Shown here: one piece after another, positions 19,632 to 27,711 of the stretch | Position numbering within the stretch: the first letter of the stretch is position 1 | Layout of the letters: the number at the start of each line of letters is the position of its first letter | From: Rhodanobacteraceae bacterium | GTDB taxonomy: Bacteria; Pseudomonadota; Gammaproteobacteria; Xanthomonadales; SZUA-5 | DNA: 64,000 nucleotides | Reading direction: 5' to 3' | NCBI GenBank assembly: GCA_024234055.1 | Contig: JACKOW010000001.1 | Location: forward strand, 146,710-210,709 | The notes under the pieces: model-generated | Told to the model about the DNA's origin: nothing | Databases searched by the model: none | The model's input: the letters and a program-made list of their open reading frames with translations, nothing else | Program-made: the position numbers and the translations under genes

Positions 19632-20588
19632 ATGATGTTTTCCCGCAGTCTGATCACTGCGCTCGGCCTCGTCGCCGCGGCGCATGCATATGCCCAGGAT
19701 TCGACCGACAAGAAGCCCTGTCATGAACCCCAGTGCCCGGTGGTCCAGCGTGGGAACGCCGTGGTCACGGTGGCTGACGTCATGGCCAAGCTCATGGGTC
19801 TGGATGAGCGCAAGCAGAATGCCTTGCTTTCTGACCCCAAGCAGATCAACAACATGCTCGAAAATCTGCTGATCACCCGGCAGATCGCTCATGACGTCAA
19901 TGCGGAAAAGGCAGCCAACGACGCCGCCCTGCAGGCGCGACTGGAGCAGGCGAGGGATGATGTGTTGGCGGTCTACCGCCTGGACGAAATCCGCGCCACC
20001 CGAATCAAGAGCAACTTCGAAACGCTGGCGCGCGAATACTATCTGGCCAACAAGGCCGATATGCATACGCCGAAGATCGCGACCGTGCGTCATTTGTTGA
20101 TCTCGCCGGAGAAGCGCGGCGACGTGCTGGCCAAGGCCCAGATCACCAGCCTGCACGAGGAACTGAAGGGCGCCAACGCTGGCACCTTTGCCGAGAAGGT
20201 GCTGGAACTGAGCGATGATCCCAGCAAAGCCACCAATGCCGGGATCATCAAGGTGATCGACGGCAACAAGGACATCGACGAGGATTTCGCGGCGGCCGCG
20301 CTGAGTCTGACCACCCCCGGCGAACTCAGCGATCCGATCAAGACCCAGTTTGGCTATCACTTGCTGCAGCTGGTCGAAAAGAATGACGAAGTCGCGCTGA
20401 CCTTCGAGCAGGCCAAGCCTCGCATCGTCGAGAAACTGCAGGACGACGCCCGTCGCCGTGTGGTCCTGGACTATCGCGGCGAGTTGATGTCCACCGCGGA
20501 ACTGCAGGCCTTCCCGGACAATCTCGCCGGCCTGATCTACGGCGAGGACACCGACGCCCAGAGCGCTGACGACAAGGGTGCCAAGTAG
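19632..20588 (+). CDS. periplasmic parvulin-type peptidyl-prolyl isomerase
   Basis: Signal peptide plus PpiC/parvulin core (VRHLLISPEKRGD...FGYHLLQLVEK). Confidence 0.8.
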   Translation: MMFSRSLITALGLVAAAHAYAQDSTDKKPCHEPQCPVVQRGNAVVTVADVMAKLMGLDERKQNALLSDPKQINNMLENLLITRQIAHDVNAEKAANDAALQARLEQARDDVLAVYRLDEIRATRIKSNFETLAREYYLANKADMHTPKIATVRHLLISPEKRGDVLAKAQITSLHEELKGANAGTFAEKVLELSDDPSKATNAGIIKVIDGNKDIDEDFAAAALSLTTPGELSDPIKTQFGYHLLQLVEKNDEVALTFEQAKPRIVEKLQDDARRRVVLDYRGELMSTAELQAFPDNLAGLIYGEDTDAQSADDKGAK

Positions 20589-20594
20589 TCTCCC

Positions 20595-21356
20595 GTGCAA
20601 CTGCTACGGCACTTCTTCCTGCGCGAGTTCCGCTCGCGCTACCTCGGCAGCATGAGTGGTTTGTTGTGGGCGGTGGTCCATCCGGCACTGCAACTGCTCA
20701 TGTATGCCCTGGTGTTCCAGTACATCTTCAAGGCTCGGGTTGCCGGCGCCGAAGAACATGGACTGGTGGCCTACATTGGCGTCGGCTTCTGGTCGTGGAC
20801 CTTGTTTGCCGAATCGACATCCAGAGCTACCACCAGCGTCATCGACAACGCCTCGCTGATCGGCAAGGTCGCGGTTGAGCCGCAGTTGTTGGTGCTGTCT
20901 TCGGTATTTGCCTCCGCGGCCTTGCATCTGGTCGGCTATACAGCGGCCCTGACGATACTCGCCGCCACCGGAAGCCATATTGACCCGCTGGGCGTGCTGC
21001 TGGCCCTGCCGGTGCTGGCGCTGCTGGTGGTCTGGACGCTGGGCTTTGCCTTGATGATGGCGGCCATCCAGGTCTTCGTACGCGATCTGGCCCAGGTTCT
21101 GGCACAGCTGCTGGCCTTCTGGTTCTTCCTGACACCAGTGCTGTACTCGCGCGCCATGCTGCCCGAGTTCGCGCAGCGCCTGATGGACTGGAATCCACTG
21201 ACCTACTATCCAGAACGATTGCGCCACCTGATCCTGGACTCGCAATATGCCTTCGGCATTGATGACCTGAAGGCCGCGCTGCTGGCCTTTGCGATGCTTG
21301 GCTTCGGTACCTTCGTCTTCACCCGGCTACGCCGACATTTCGAGGATTTCCTGTGA
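20595..21356 (+). CDS. wzm: ABC-2 type polysaccharide exporter permease (Wzm-like)
   Basis: 253 aa with six TM segments and the ABC-2 signature region (FWFFLTPVLY). Coupled to the downstream ATPase. Confidence 0.85.
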   Translation: MQLLRHFFLREFRSRYLGSMSGLLWAVVHPALQLLMYALVFQYIFKARVAGAEEHGLVAYIGVGFWSWTLFAESTSRATTSVIDNASLIGKVAVEPQLLVLSSVFASAALHLVGYTAALTILAATGSHIDPLGVLLALPVLALLVVWTLGFALMMAAIQVFVRDLAQVLAQLLAFWFFLTPVLYSRAMLPEFAQRLMDWNPLTYYPERLRHLILDSQYAFGIDDLKAALLAFAMLGFGTFVFTRLRRHFEDFL

Positions 21357-22534
21357 CGGATCTGCTGGTCAGACTCCAGGGCGTAGCCAAGCGCTACCCG
21401 CTGGTACACCGCAATGCCGACCGCGTGCGGGCGATGTTGCGGGTATTGACCGGCAGAACCGGAATCGCCGACGTCGCGGTGCTGCAGGACATCAATCTGA
21501 GCGTTCGCCGCGGCGAGTCATTGGGCATCATCGGCGAGAACGGTGCCGGCAAATCGACTTTGCTCAAGGTCATCACTGGCGTGCTCAATGCCACTGACGG
21601 CAGCGTGGAGGTAAACGGCTCGGTCGCGGCGCTGCTGGAACTGGGCGCAGGCTTCCACCCCGAGTACACCGGGCGCGAGAACATTGCCACGGCAGCGGCC
21701 CTGATGGGCATGAGCGAGGCGGATATTCGCGCGAAGACCGAGGCCATCATCGAGTATGCCGATATCGGCCGCTATATCGACGAGCCGATCAAGCATTACT
21801 CCACCGGCATGGTCGTGCGTCTGGGCTTTGCGGTCGTGGCCGCGAGGCGACCGGACATCCTGATCACCGATGAAGTGCTGGCAGTGGGTGACGAGTCCTT
21901 CCAGAAGAAATGTGTGCGCTGGATCGAGGACTATCTGAACGATGGCGGCACACTGCTGCTGGTGTCCCACAGCATGTATCACGTCCAGAAACTCTGCCGC
22001 CATGCGCTCTGGATGCAGGGCGGCAAAATCCAGGCCTATGGCGACGTCTACGAAGTCACTCAGGACTATCTGGCCTATCACGAACGCAAGACCGCCAAGG
22101 AATCTGAAGCTGGCCCCAAGCAAGTCAGCGCCGATGGCTACCGCATCGAGTCGGTGCGCCTGAATGGCAAGGACGGCCTGACCCCCCTGCTGTTACCGCG
22201 GGAGCGCGAGCTGCGGATCGAGGCTGATCTCTATTCGGGCGACGATCGGGTGCCCCATCTGGCGATCGGCGTGACGCGGGCCGACGGTACCGCCGTCTAT
22301 GGAACCTCCAGCGAGATCGATGGTGCCAGCGCCAGCCGAACCGAGAGCGGTGATTATCGATACCGCTTCATCTTTCATGCGCTGCACCTGCTGCCGGGGC
22401 AATACACCATCAAGCTGCATGCACTGGATCCCGAGGGCATGCGCATGTTCGATACCGAGGTCCGCGAGATCGTGATTCGCGGCGACACCCGCGAACTCGG
22501 CATGATCCGGCTGCCGCACAACTGGGAATCGTGA
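21353..22534 (+). CDS. wzt: polysaccharide ABC exporter ATP-binding protein with C-terminal extension (Wzt-like)
   Basis: Walker A GENGAGKST, signature YSTGMVVRL, Walker B ILITDE, plus a ~150-aa beta-rich C-terminal domain. Confidence 0.9.
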   Translation: MTDLLVRLQGVAKRYPLVHRNADRVRAMLRVLTGRTGIADVAVLQDINLSVRRGESLGIIGENGAGKSTLLKVITGVLNATDGSVEVNGSVAALLELGAGFHPEYTGRENIATAAALMGMSEADIRAKTEAIIEYADIGRYIDEPIKHYSTGMVVRLGFAVVAARRPDILITDEVLAVGDESFQKKCVRWIEDYLNDGGTLLLVSHSMYHVQKLCRHALWMQGGKIQAYGDVYEVTQDYLAYHERKTAKESEAGPKQVSADGYRIESVRLNGKDGLTPLLLPRERELRIEADLYSGDDRVPHLAIGVTRADGTAVYGTSSEIDGASASRTESGDYRYRFIFHALHLLPGQYTIKLHALDPEGMRMFDTEVREIVIRGDTRELGMIRLPHNWES

Positions 22535-23370
22535 TCCGACCCATCGACATCGTGGTCCCGGTCTACAACGCCCGCGAATTGCTGGAGCGTTGTCTGGCTG
22601 CGCTGGACCGGCACACGCCCGTGGAACAGGCGCGTATTCTGATTGTCGACGACGCCTCGCCCGATCCGGCGATCGCGCCGCTGCTGGCCAGTTGGGCCCG
22701 GACCTCGCCGCTGCGACCGAGGATCCTCGTCAATGCCGAGAATCTGGGCTTCGTCGGCAGCGTCAATCGAGGTTTTGCCGAAACCGAGAGCGACGTGTTG
22801 CTGCTCAACGCCGACACCGAAGTCACGCCGGGCTGGCTGGCGCACCTGCGCGAGGCGCTGCACAGTGACGAGCGCGTCGCGACGGTCACGCCCTTTTCCA
22901 ACAATGCCGAGATCTGTTCCTGGCCCCTGTTCTGCCAGGTGAATCCGGTACCCGCCGACGCCGAGATCGTGGCAGCGGCGCTGGCCAGCGCCGGCCCGCC
23001 GAGCTATCCCGAGCTGCCCACGGCCGTGGGTTTCTGCATGTTGATCCGACGTGAGACCTTGGATCAGATCGGTGATTTCGATCAAGCCACCTTCGGCCGC
23101 GGCTACGGCGAGGAAAATGACTTCTGTTTGCGCGCGGCCGGCCATGGCTGGCGGAACATCCTGGCCGACCACTGTTATGTGGTTCACGCTGGCGGCGGAT
23201 CCTTTGCGCCGCTGGGGCTGAAACCGGGCGGAGACAACCTGCAGCGCCTGCTGGCGCGCTATCCCGGCTACAATGACGCGGTTGCACAATTCATTGCGGC
23301 CGACCCCCTCGCGCCCCTGCGCGAACGGGCCTTGCTGCGCTACCGGGCTCTCGCAGCCATGTCCGGCTGA
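22531..23370 (+). CDS. family 2 glycosyltransferase
   Basis: VVPVYNARELLERCL...ILIVDDASPD and DxD-type motifs. Confidence 0.85.
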   Translation: MIRPIDIVVPVYNARELLERCLAALDRHTPVEQARILIVDDASPDPAIAPLLASWARTSPLRPRILVNAENLGFVGSVNRGFAETESDVLLLNADTEVTPGWLAHLREALHSDERVATVTPFSNNAEICSWPLFCQVNPVPADAEIVAAALASAGPPSYPELPTAVGFCMLIRRETLDQIGDFDQATFGRGYGEENDFCLRAAGHGWRNILADHCYVVHAGGGSFAPLGLKPGGDNLQRLLARYPGYNDAVAQFIAADPLAPLRERALLRYRALAAMSG

Positions 23371-23450
23371 TGCGCACGGCAACTTGATCTTCGGCCAATC
23401 GTACCAATCTGCTAGACGGGAACACGCCCGAGTACGGCGCACGCGCGACC

Positions 23451-24359
23451 ATGAGCACAACTGAACCAGACATCCTGCCCTTCACCGGTGAACGCTTCAC
23501 GCCCGAGTGCGTGCGCGAGATCTGGTACGAGCACATGCACCGCTACGCCTATGCCGTGGATTTCTGTCGCGGCAAACGTGTGCTGGACGCCGCCTGCGGC
23601 GAGGGTTACGGCAGTGCACTGCTGGCCTGGACCAGCGCCAGCGTGCTGGGTCTCGACGTCGATGCCGCAGCCATTGCCCACGCCCGGAGGCGCTATTCGT
23701 CACGCCCGGGTCTGAGCTTTCAGCAGCAGGATGTCACCGCGCTGGACCAGCTGCCGGACGCCTCCTTCGACGTCATCGTGTCCTTCGAAACACTGGAGCA
23801 TGTGCACGAGCAGGAGCGCATGCTGGCTGGCTTCAGGCGCCTGCTGACTGCCGATGGCGTACTGCTGATCTCGTCCCCGGACAAGCACACCTACAGCGAT
23901 CTGCGTGACTATCGCAATGAATATCACGTCCGCGAGCTCTACCGCGCGGAACTCGAAACACTGCTGCAAGCGAATTTCGCCCATACCCGGATCTACTGCC
24001 AGAAACTGCTGTTCCAGTCGCTGCTGTGGGATCCGGATCAGCCGCCGAGTCAGGCCCGCGTCAGCACCCTGAGGTCTGACGGTACGGTCAGCGCACGGCC
24101 TGACTACCAGGCCCTGTACTTTCTCGCCGTGTGCTCGGCGCAACCGCTGGAACGTGTGGCGCCCGCCGGCGCCCTGCATCTCTTCGGCGATGCCGCCGAG
24201 ACCGTGTACGAGCACTACAACGAAGAAATCCGGCGGATCATTGCCGCCGGACACCGCCTGATCGCCCAAGATCAGGAAATAGCCGACTTGCGGGCGCGCC
24301 TGGCGCACGCAGAAGCGCTGCTCGCGGAGCAGGCGCAACACCAAGGAAGGAAACCATGA
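23451..24359 (+). CDS. class I SAM-dependent methyltransferase with C-terminal coiled coil
   Basis: Motif I VLDAACGEGYGS. C-terminal heptad-like IAQDQEIADLRARLAHAEALLAEQ. Confidence 0.85.
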   Translation: MSTTEPDILPFTGERFTPECVREIWYEHMHRYAYAVDFCRGKRVLDAACGEGYGSALLAWTSASVLGLDVDAAAIAHARRRYSSRPGLSFQQQDVTALDQLPDASFDVIVSFETLEHVHEQERMLAGFRRLLTADGVLLISSPDKHTYSDLRDYRNEYHVRELYRAELETLLQANFAHTRIYCQKLLFQSLLWDPDQPPSQARVSTLRSDGTVSARPDYQALYFLAVCSAQPLERVAPAGALHLFGDAAETVYEHYNEEIRRIIAAGHRLIAQDQEIADLRARLAHAEALLAEQAQHQGRKP

Positions 24360-26164
24360 GCGCAGTGATCGCAAGCCCCAAATCCGACACCCTGTTCGCC
24401 GCCGACGATGGCATGGTCGCGCCGCTCTCCAGCCAGGAATGCATGATCCAGAATCCGCGCACCCAGGAGCGTCATGTCATGACCTTCGAGGTGTTTCAAG
24501 CGCTGGATCAATGCAAGAGCTTCGCGACGCTGGACGATCATCTCAAGCAGATGCTGTCGGCCATGCCCAATCTGCGCGGACAGGAGGACGGGGTTCGTCG
24601 CGTGCTGACTGGATTGGTCGATCGCGGGCTGCTGCAGAGTGCCGACCAGATTCTGGGCGGTTTCGGCAGCGAACCCGGGCGCAGGTTGGCACCGCTGGGG
24701 CCGGTGTTCGTGCTCGCCGAAGATCGCCCCGAGGGACTGGCGCGGATCATCGACAGTCTGATCAAGGCCGATGATCCGGGCATCGACCACCTGCCCATCG
24801 TGGTGCTGGATGGTTCCCGCAGTCAGGCTTCCCGCGAAGCCAATCGGCGCGTGGTGGACGAGCGCCGGCGCGATGCCGGTCTGCGCTACCTGGGCAATAC
24901 CGAGCGCGCGGCTTTCATTGCCCGTTTGCAGGGCCAGATGAAAGCCCAGGCCGCAGCCCTGACCTGGCTGCTCGGCGAGGACGAGGCACCGACGCGCGGT
25001 CAGCTGTTCAACTGGATGGTGCTGCTCGCCTCAGGGCGCCGGCCGCTGGTCTTTGACGACCGCCAGTACCTGCCGCAGCGACAGATGCCCAATGCCACCG
25101 GCGGCATCGATCTGCTGCACAGCAATCAGCGCGAGGCCTGGTTCTATCAGCCCGATCAGCCGATGCCCGCCTTGGAGGTCGATTACGAAGATGGCCAGCT
25201 CGGCCACATCGCCCAGCATTATCTGGGCGAGAGCCTGGGTCGCTGCGTCAGCAAGCCGGGGCGTTGGCACCTGGCCCCCGGTGCGCTCCAGGGCGCGCCC
25301 TTGCCGGCCATCCGCGCCTTCGATCCGCGCGGCCGGGTGGCCGCTCTGGTTCAGGGCAGCGTGGGCTCCATTGAAGCGCCTCACAATATCTGGCTGTACC
25401 AACTCGACAATCGCTCACGCGACCGGCTCTGGGGCTCGCGCGAATCCTATATGCGTCAGTTCGAGGGCGATCAAGTCTGCCACGGCATCAACCGTGCCCG
25501 AGTCACGCTCAACAGCGTCTACCAGCCGAGCGCACTGGACCTCAGCGTGCTGTCCGGTTTCGTGCTGCCGGGCGCCGGCCCCCGCGTGGGCCCGAGTTTT
25601 GGCGTGCTGACCCGCTTTCTTGATCCAGAATCGGTGGTCATCCACACCAATACCGCTGTCGGTAGTCAGTGGCAGCCGCCGATCAAGCGCTCCGAGGCCG
25701 CGCGACGACCGTTCACCCCGAACTCGGCGGCCTTCTTCACTGACCATATCCAGGCCCGTGCCGGCGAATGCCGCAGCAGCGATGCCGAAGACCGCGCTGC
25801 CTATCTCGCCGCCTTGATGGACGATTTCGCCGCATCCTCCAGCGATGCACTGCAGAGCGAGCTGAACACCTATCTCAGCTACAAGCGCGCCGATCTGGTC
25901 GCCGATCTGCAGCGCCGCCTGGAAGAGGCAGGCAAGCAGGCCCCGATCTACTGGGAGGCTGATTTGCGCGAGATCATCCAGTCCACCAGCAAGGAACTCA
26001 CCCGAAACAGTGTGGCTCGCCTCGGTGAATGGCCGGACAGTCTCGATGCCGCCGGTGCCGCCGAACGTCTGCGCACCGAGACCCGACAACTGGCCGCCGC
26101 AGTGCGCGCCTGGCCCACGGCCTTCGCCTTGGCACCCAAGTTCGCCGAGTCGCTGCTGGGCTAG
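24356..26164 (+). CDS. hypothetical protein (602 aa) in the glycan cluster
   Basis: Start taken at ATG 24356 (MSAVIASPK), overlapping the methyltransferase stop. The upstream ORF extension is an Arg-rich out-of-context frame. No family recognised. Confidence 0.6.
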   Translation: MSAVIASPKSDTLFAADDGMVAPLSSQECMIQNPRTQERHVMTFEVFQALDQCKSFATLDDHLKQMLSAMPNLRGQEDGVRRVLTGLVDRGLLQSADQILGGFGSEPGRRLAPLGPVFVLAEDRPEGLARIIDSLIKADDPGIDHLPIVVLDGSRSQASREANRRVVDERRRDAGLRYLGNTERAAFIARLQGQMKAQAAALTWLLGEDEAPTRGQLFNWMVLLASGRRPLVFDDRQYLPQRQMPNATGGIDLLHSNQREAWFYQPDQPMPALEVDYEDGQLGHIAQHYLGESLGRCVSKPGRWHLAPGALQGAPLPAIRAFDPRGRVAALVQGSVGSIEAPHNIWLYQLDNRSRDRLWGSRESYMRQFEGDQVCHGINRARVTLNSVYQPSALDLSVLSGFVLPGAGPRVGPSFGVLTRFLDPESVVIHTNTAVGSQWQPPIKRSEAARRPFTPNSAAFFTDHIQARAGECRSSDAEDRAAYLAALMDDFAASSSDALQSELNTYLSYKRADLVADLQRRLEEAGKQAPIYWEADLREIIQSTSKELTRNSVARLGEWPDSLDAAGAAERLRTETRQLAAAVRAWPTAFALAPKFAESLLG

Positions 26165-26179
26165 CGGGCAGTCCCGCCC

Positions 26180-27034
26180 GTGCATGTCGCAGCGGTCGTC
26201 GTCAACTACCACACCGGGCCGGTGTTGGGGGATTGTCTGCGACGATTGCTGCGCTGTGCGGAGCTGGCCGAACTGGTCCTGGTCGACAACGGCTCGGCGC
26301 CGGGTGAGATCGACGCGCTGCTGGCCGAGATCGATGACCGCCGAGTCATCCGCCTGGACCTGCCGAGCAATCCGGGCTTCGCCGTGGCCTGCAACCGCGG
26401 CGCCCGAGCCAGTCACTCCCCGTGGCTGCTGTTCCTCAATCCCGATTGCCTGGTCGAGCCGGACACGCTGGAACGGCTGGCCGCCAGCGTTCACGGGCGC
26501 CAGCGAATGGGCGTGCTGGGCGCCCTGCTGGTAGACGAGCAGGGTCGCCCGGATCCGGCTAGTCTACGCCGAGATCCCTTGCCTGGCCGGGCCATGGCCA
26601 GCGCTCTAGGCCTGGACCGTTTCGACGCCTTCGAAGGCGTGCCCATCTCGATTCCCTACGGCAGCCGCGAGCCCATCCAGGGCGATGCCATTTCCGGGGC
26701 GCTGATGCTGATCAAGCGAGAGGCCTACACGGCTGCCCGTGGTTTCGACGAAGGCTATTTCATGCACGCCGAAGATCTCGACCTGTGCCGGCGCATTCGT
26801 GAGCTCGGATTCGAGGTCTGGTGCGATCCGGCGGTGCGCGTGGTACACCTCAAGGGCGTGTCCAGCCGCCGTCGGCCCTTCCGCGTGGCTCTGGCGAAGC
26901 ACCGCGGCCTGCTGCGCTATTTCGACAAGTTCGACGGCCCCAACACCGCCTGGCCCGTGCGCGCGCTGGTGCGCCTGGGCGCCTGGAGTCGATTGGCTTT
27001 GGAACTGCTGCGGACGGCCTTGCGCCGCCAGTAG
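26180..27034 (+). CDS. family 2 glycosyltransferase (rhamnosyltransferase-like)
   Basis: AAVVVNYHTGPVLGDCL..LVLVDNGS..FLNPDC..EDLDLCRR motifs. GTG start. Confidence 0.8.
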   Translation: MHVAAVVVNYHTGPVLGDCLRRLLRCAELAELVLVDNGSAPGEIDALLAEIDDRRVIRLDLPSNPGFAVACNRGARASHSPWLLFLNPDCLVEPDTLERLAASVHGRQRMGVLGALLVDEQGRPDPASLRRDPLPGRAMASALGLDRFDAFEGVPISIPYGSREPIQGDAISGALMLIKREAYTAARGFDEGYFMHAEDLDLCRRIRELGFEVWCDPAVRVVHLKGVSSRRRPFRVALAKHRGLLRYFDKFDGPNTAWPVRALVRLGAWSRLALELLRTALRRQ

Positions 27035-27095
27035 CGCGTCCTGGCCCCGCTACCCGCGAAAATCCGGCATCAGGGCGGGTCGACATCAGAAGCAG

Positions 27096-27183
27096 GACGC
27101 AGAGAACGCCGAGGAAAAGCAGAAAGCACGCGGAGAAGAGCAGAGCAGCCCTGGAACGGGTTTTTCTCGGCGTTCTCTGCGTT
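27096..27183. repeat. inverted repeat, CGCAGAGAACGCC family
   Basis: GACGCAGAGAACGCCGAGGAAAAGCAGAAAG... pairs with TTTTTCTCGGCGTTCTCTGCGTT. Confidence 0.8.
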
Positions 27184-27383
27184 AGAAACAATCCAGGGTA
27201 GCGCCGCACGCCCCTGGATTGCTTCGTTACGCTCTCCATGAACCGCATTCCAGCGCCGGGCACCGGGGGTATCGGGTCGCTGCTGTGGAGGGCGCCGCGC
27301 TGCGGCGCCGCTTTGCGCTGAGCGGCGATCAAGAGCGGCCGCGCAGGCGCGCGTCCCTCCTCAAGGCCGCTTCGTGCCTGCCA

Positions 27384-27608
27384 GGGTTCATGGCCCGTGC
27401 GCAGTGTCGGGCCGAAACAGGTGGCTCTCCATGAACCCATATCGCAACTCGTTGATTCTCTTTGTTCACCTGTAGGAGCGCCCTTGCGGCGCGACCGCTG
27501 CGTCGGACGTGCGACTTGCCGGTCGCGACGCGAGGTCGCTCCTACGGGCGGGTTTGTGGTTCATGGCCCGTGGGCAGTTTCAGGCCGACACAGGTGGCTC
27601 GCAATGAC
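27384..27608. repeat. ~52-bp direct repeat pair (GGTTCATGGCCCGTG..CAGGTGGCTC) flanking a REP hairpin
   Basis: Copies at 27384-27438 and 27557-27608. The first is itself a hairpin (GGGTTCATGG/CCATGAACCC). Confidence 0.8.
27471..27547. repeat. REP-type palindrome (TGTAGGAGCG...CGCTCCTAC)
   Basis: TGTAGGAGCGCCCTTGCGGCGCGACCG ... GGTCGCGACGCGAGGTCGCTCCTACGGG. Confidence 0.85.
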
Positions 27609-27630
27609 GCTGGAACACGGCGTCACACCG

Positions 27631-27708
27631 ACAACCCACTAACCACAACCCGCAACCCACAACCCACAACCAACAACCCACAACCAACAACCAACAACCC
27701 ACAACCAG
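27631..27708. repeat. tandem heptamer array ACCCACA/ACCAACA (single arm)
   Basis: About 11 contiguous 7-nt units ending 3 nt from the stop codon of the VIT/vWA gene. No complementary arm found nearby. Confidence 0.9.
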
Positions 27709-27711
27709 CTC

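Noticed and set aside
24131-24355. N-terminal 75-codon extension of the 677-aa ORF in the track.
   Set aside because: The extension overlaps the methyltransferase in another frame and is Arg-rich nonsense. ATG 24356 overlaps the upstream stop, which suggests coupling, and begins normal-looking sequence.
27035-27711. Mobile element or genomic-island boundary, considered for the repeat-dense spacers here and at 49826-50215.
   Set aside because: No transposase, integrase, tRNA target or terminal inverted repeats with target duplication are visible. Flanking genes are ordinary chromosomal genes with uniform GC.
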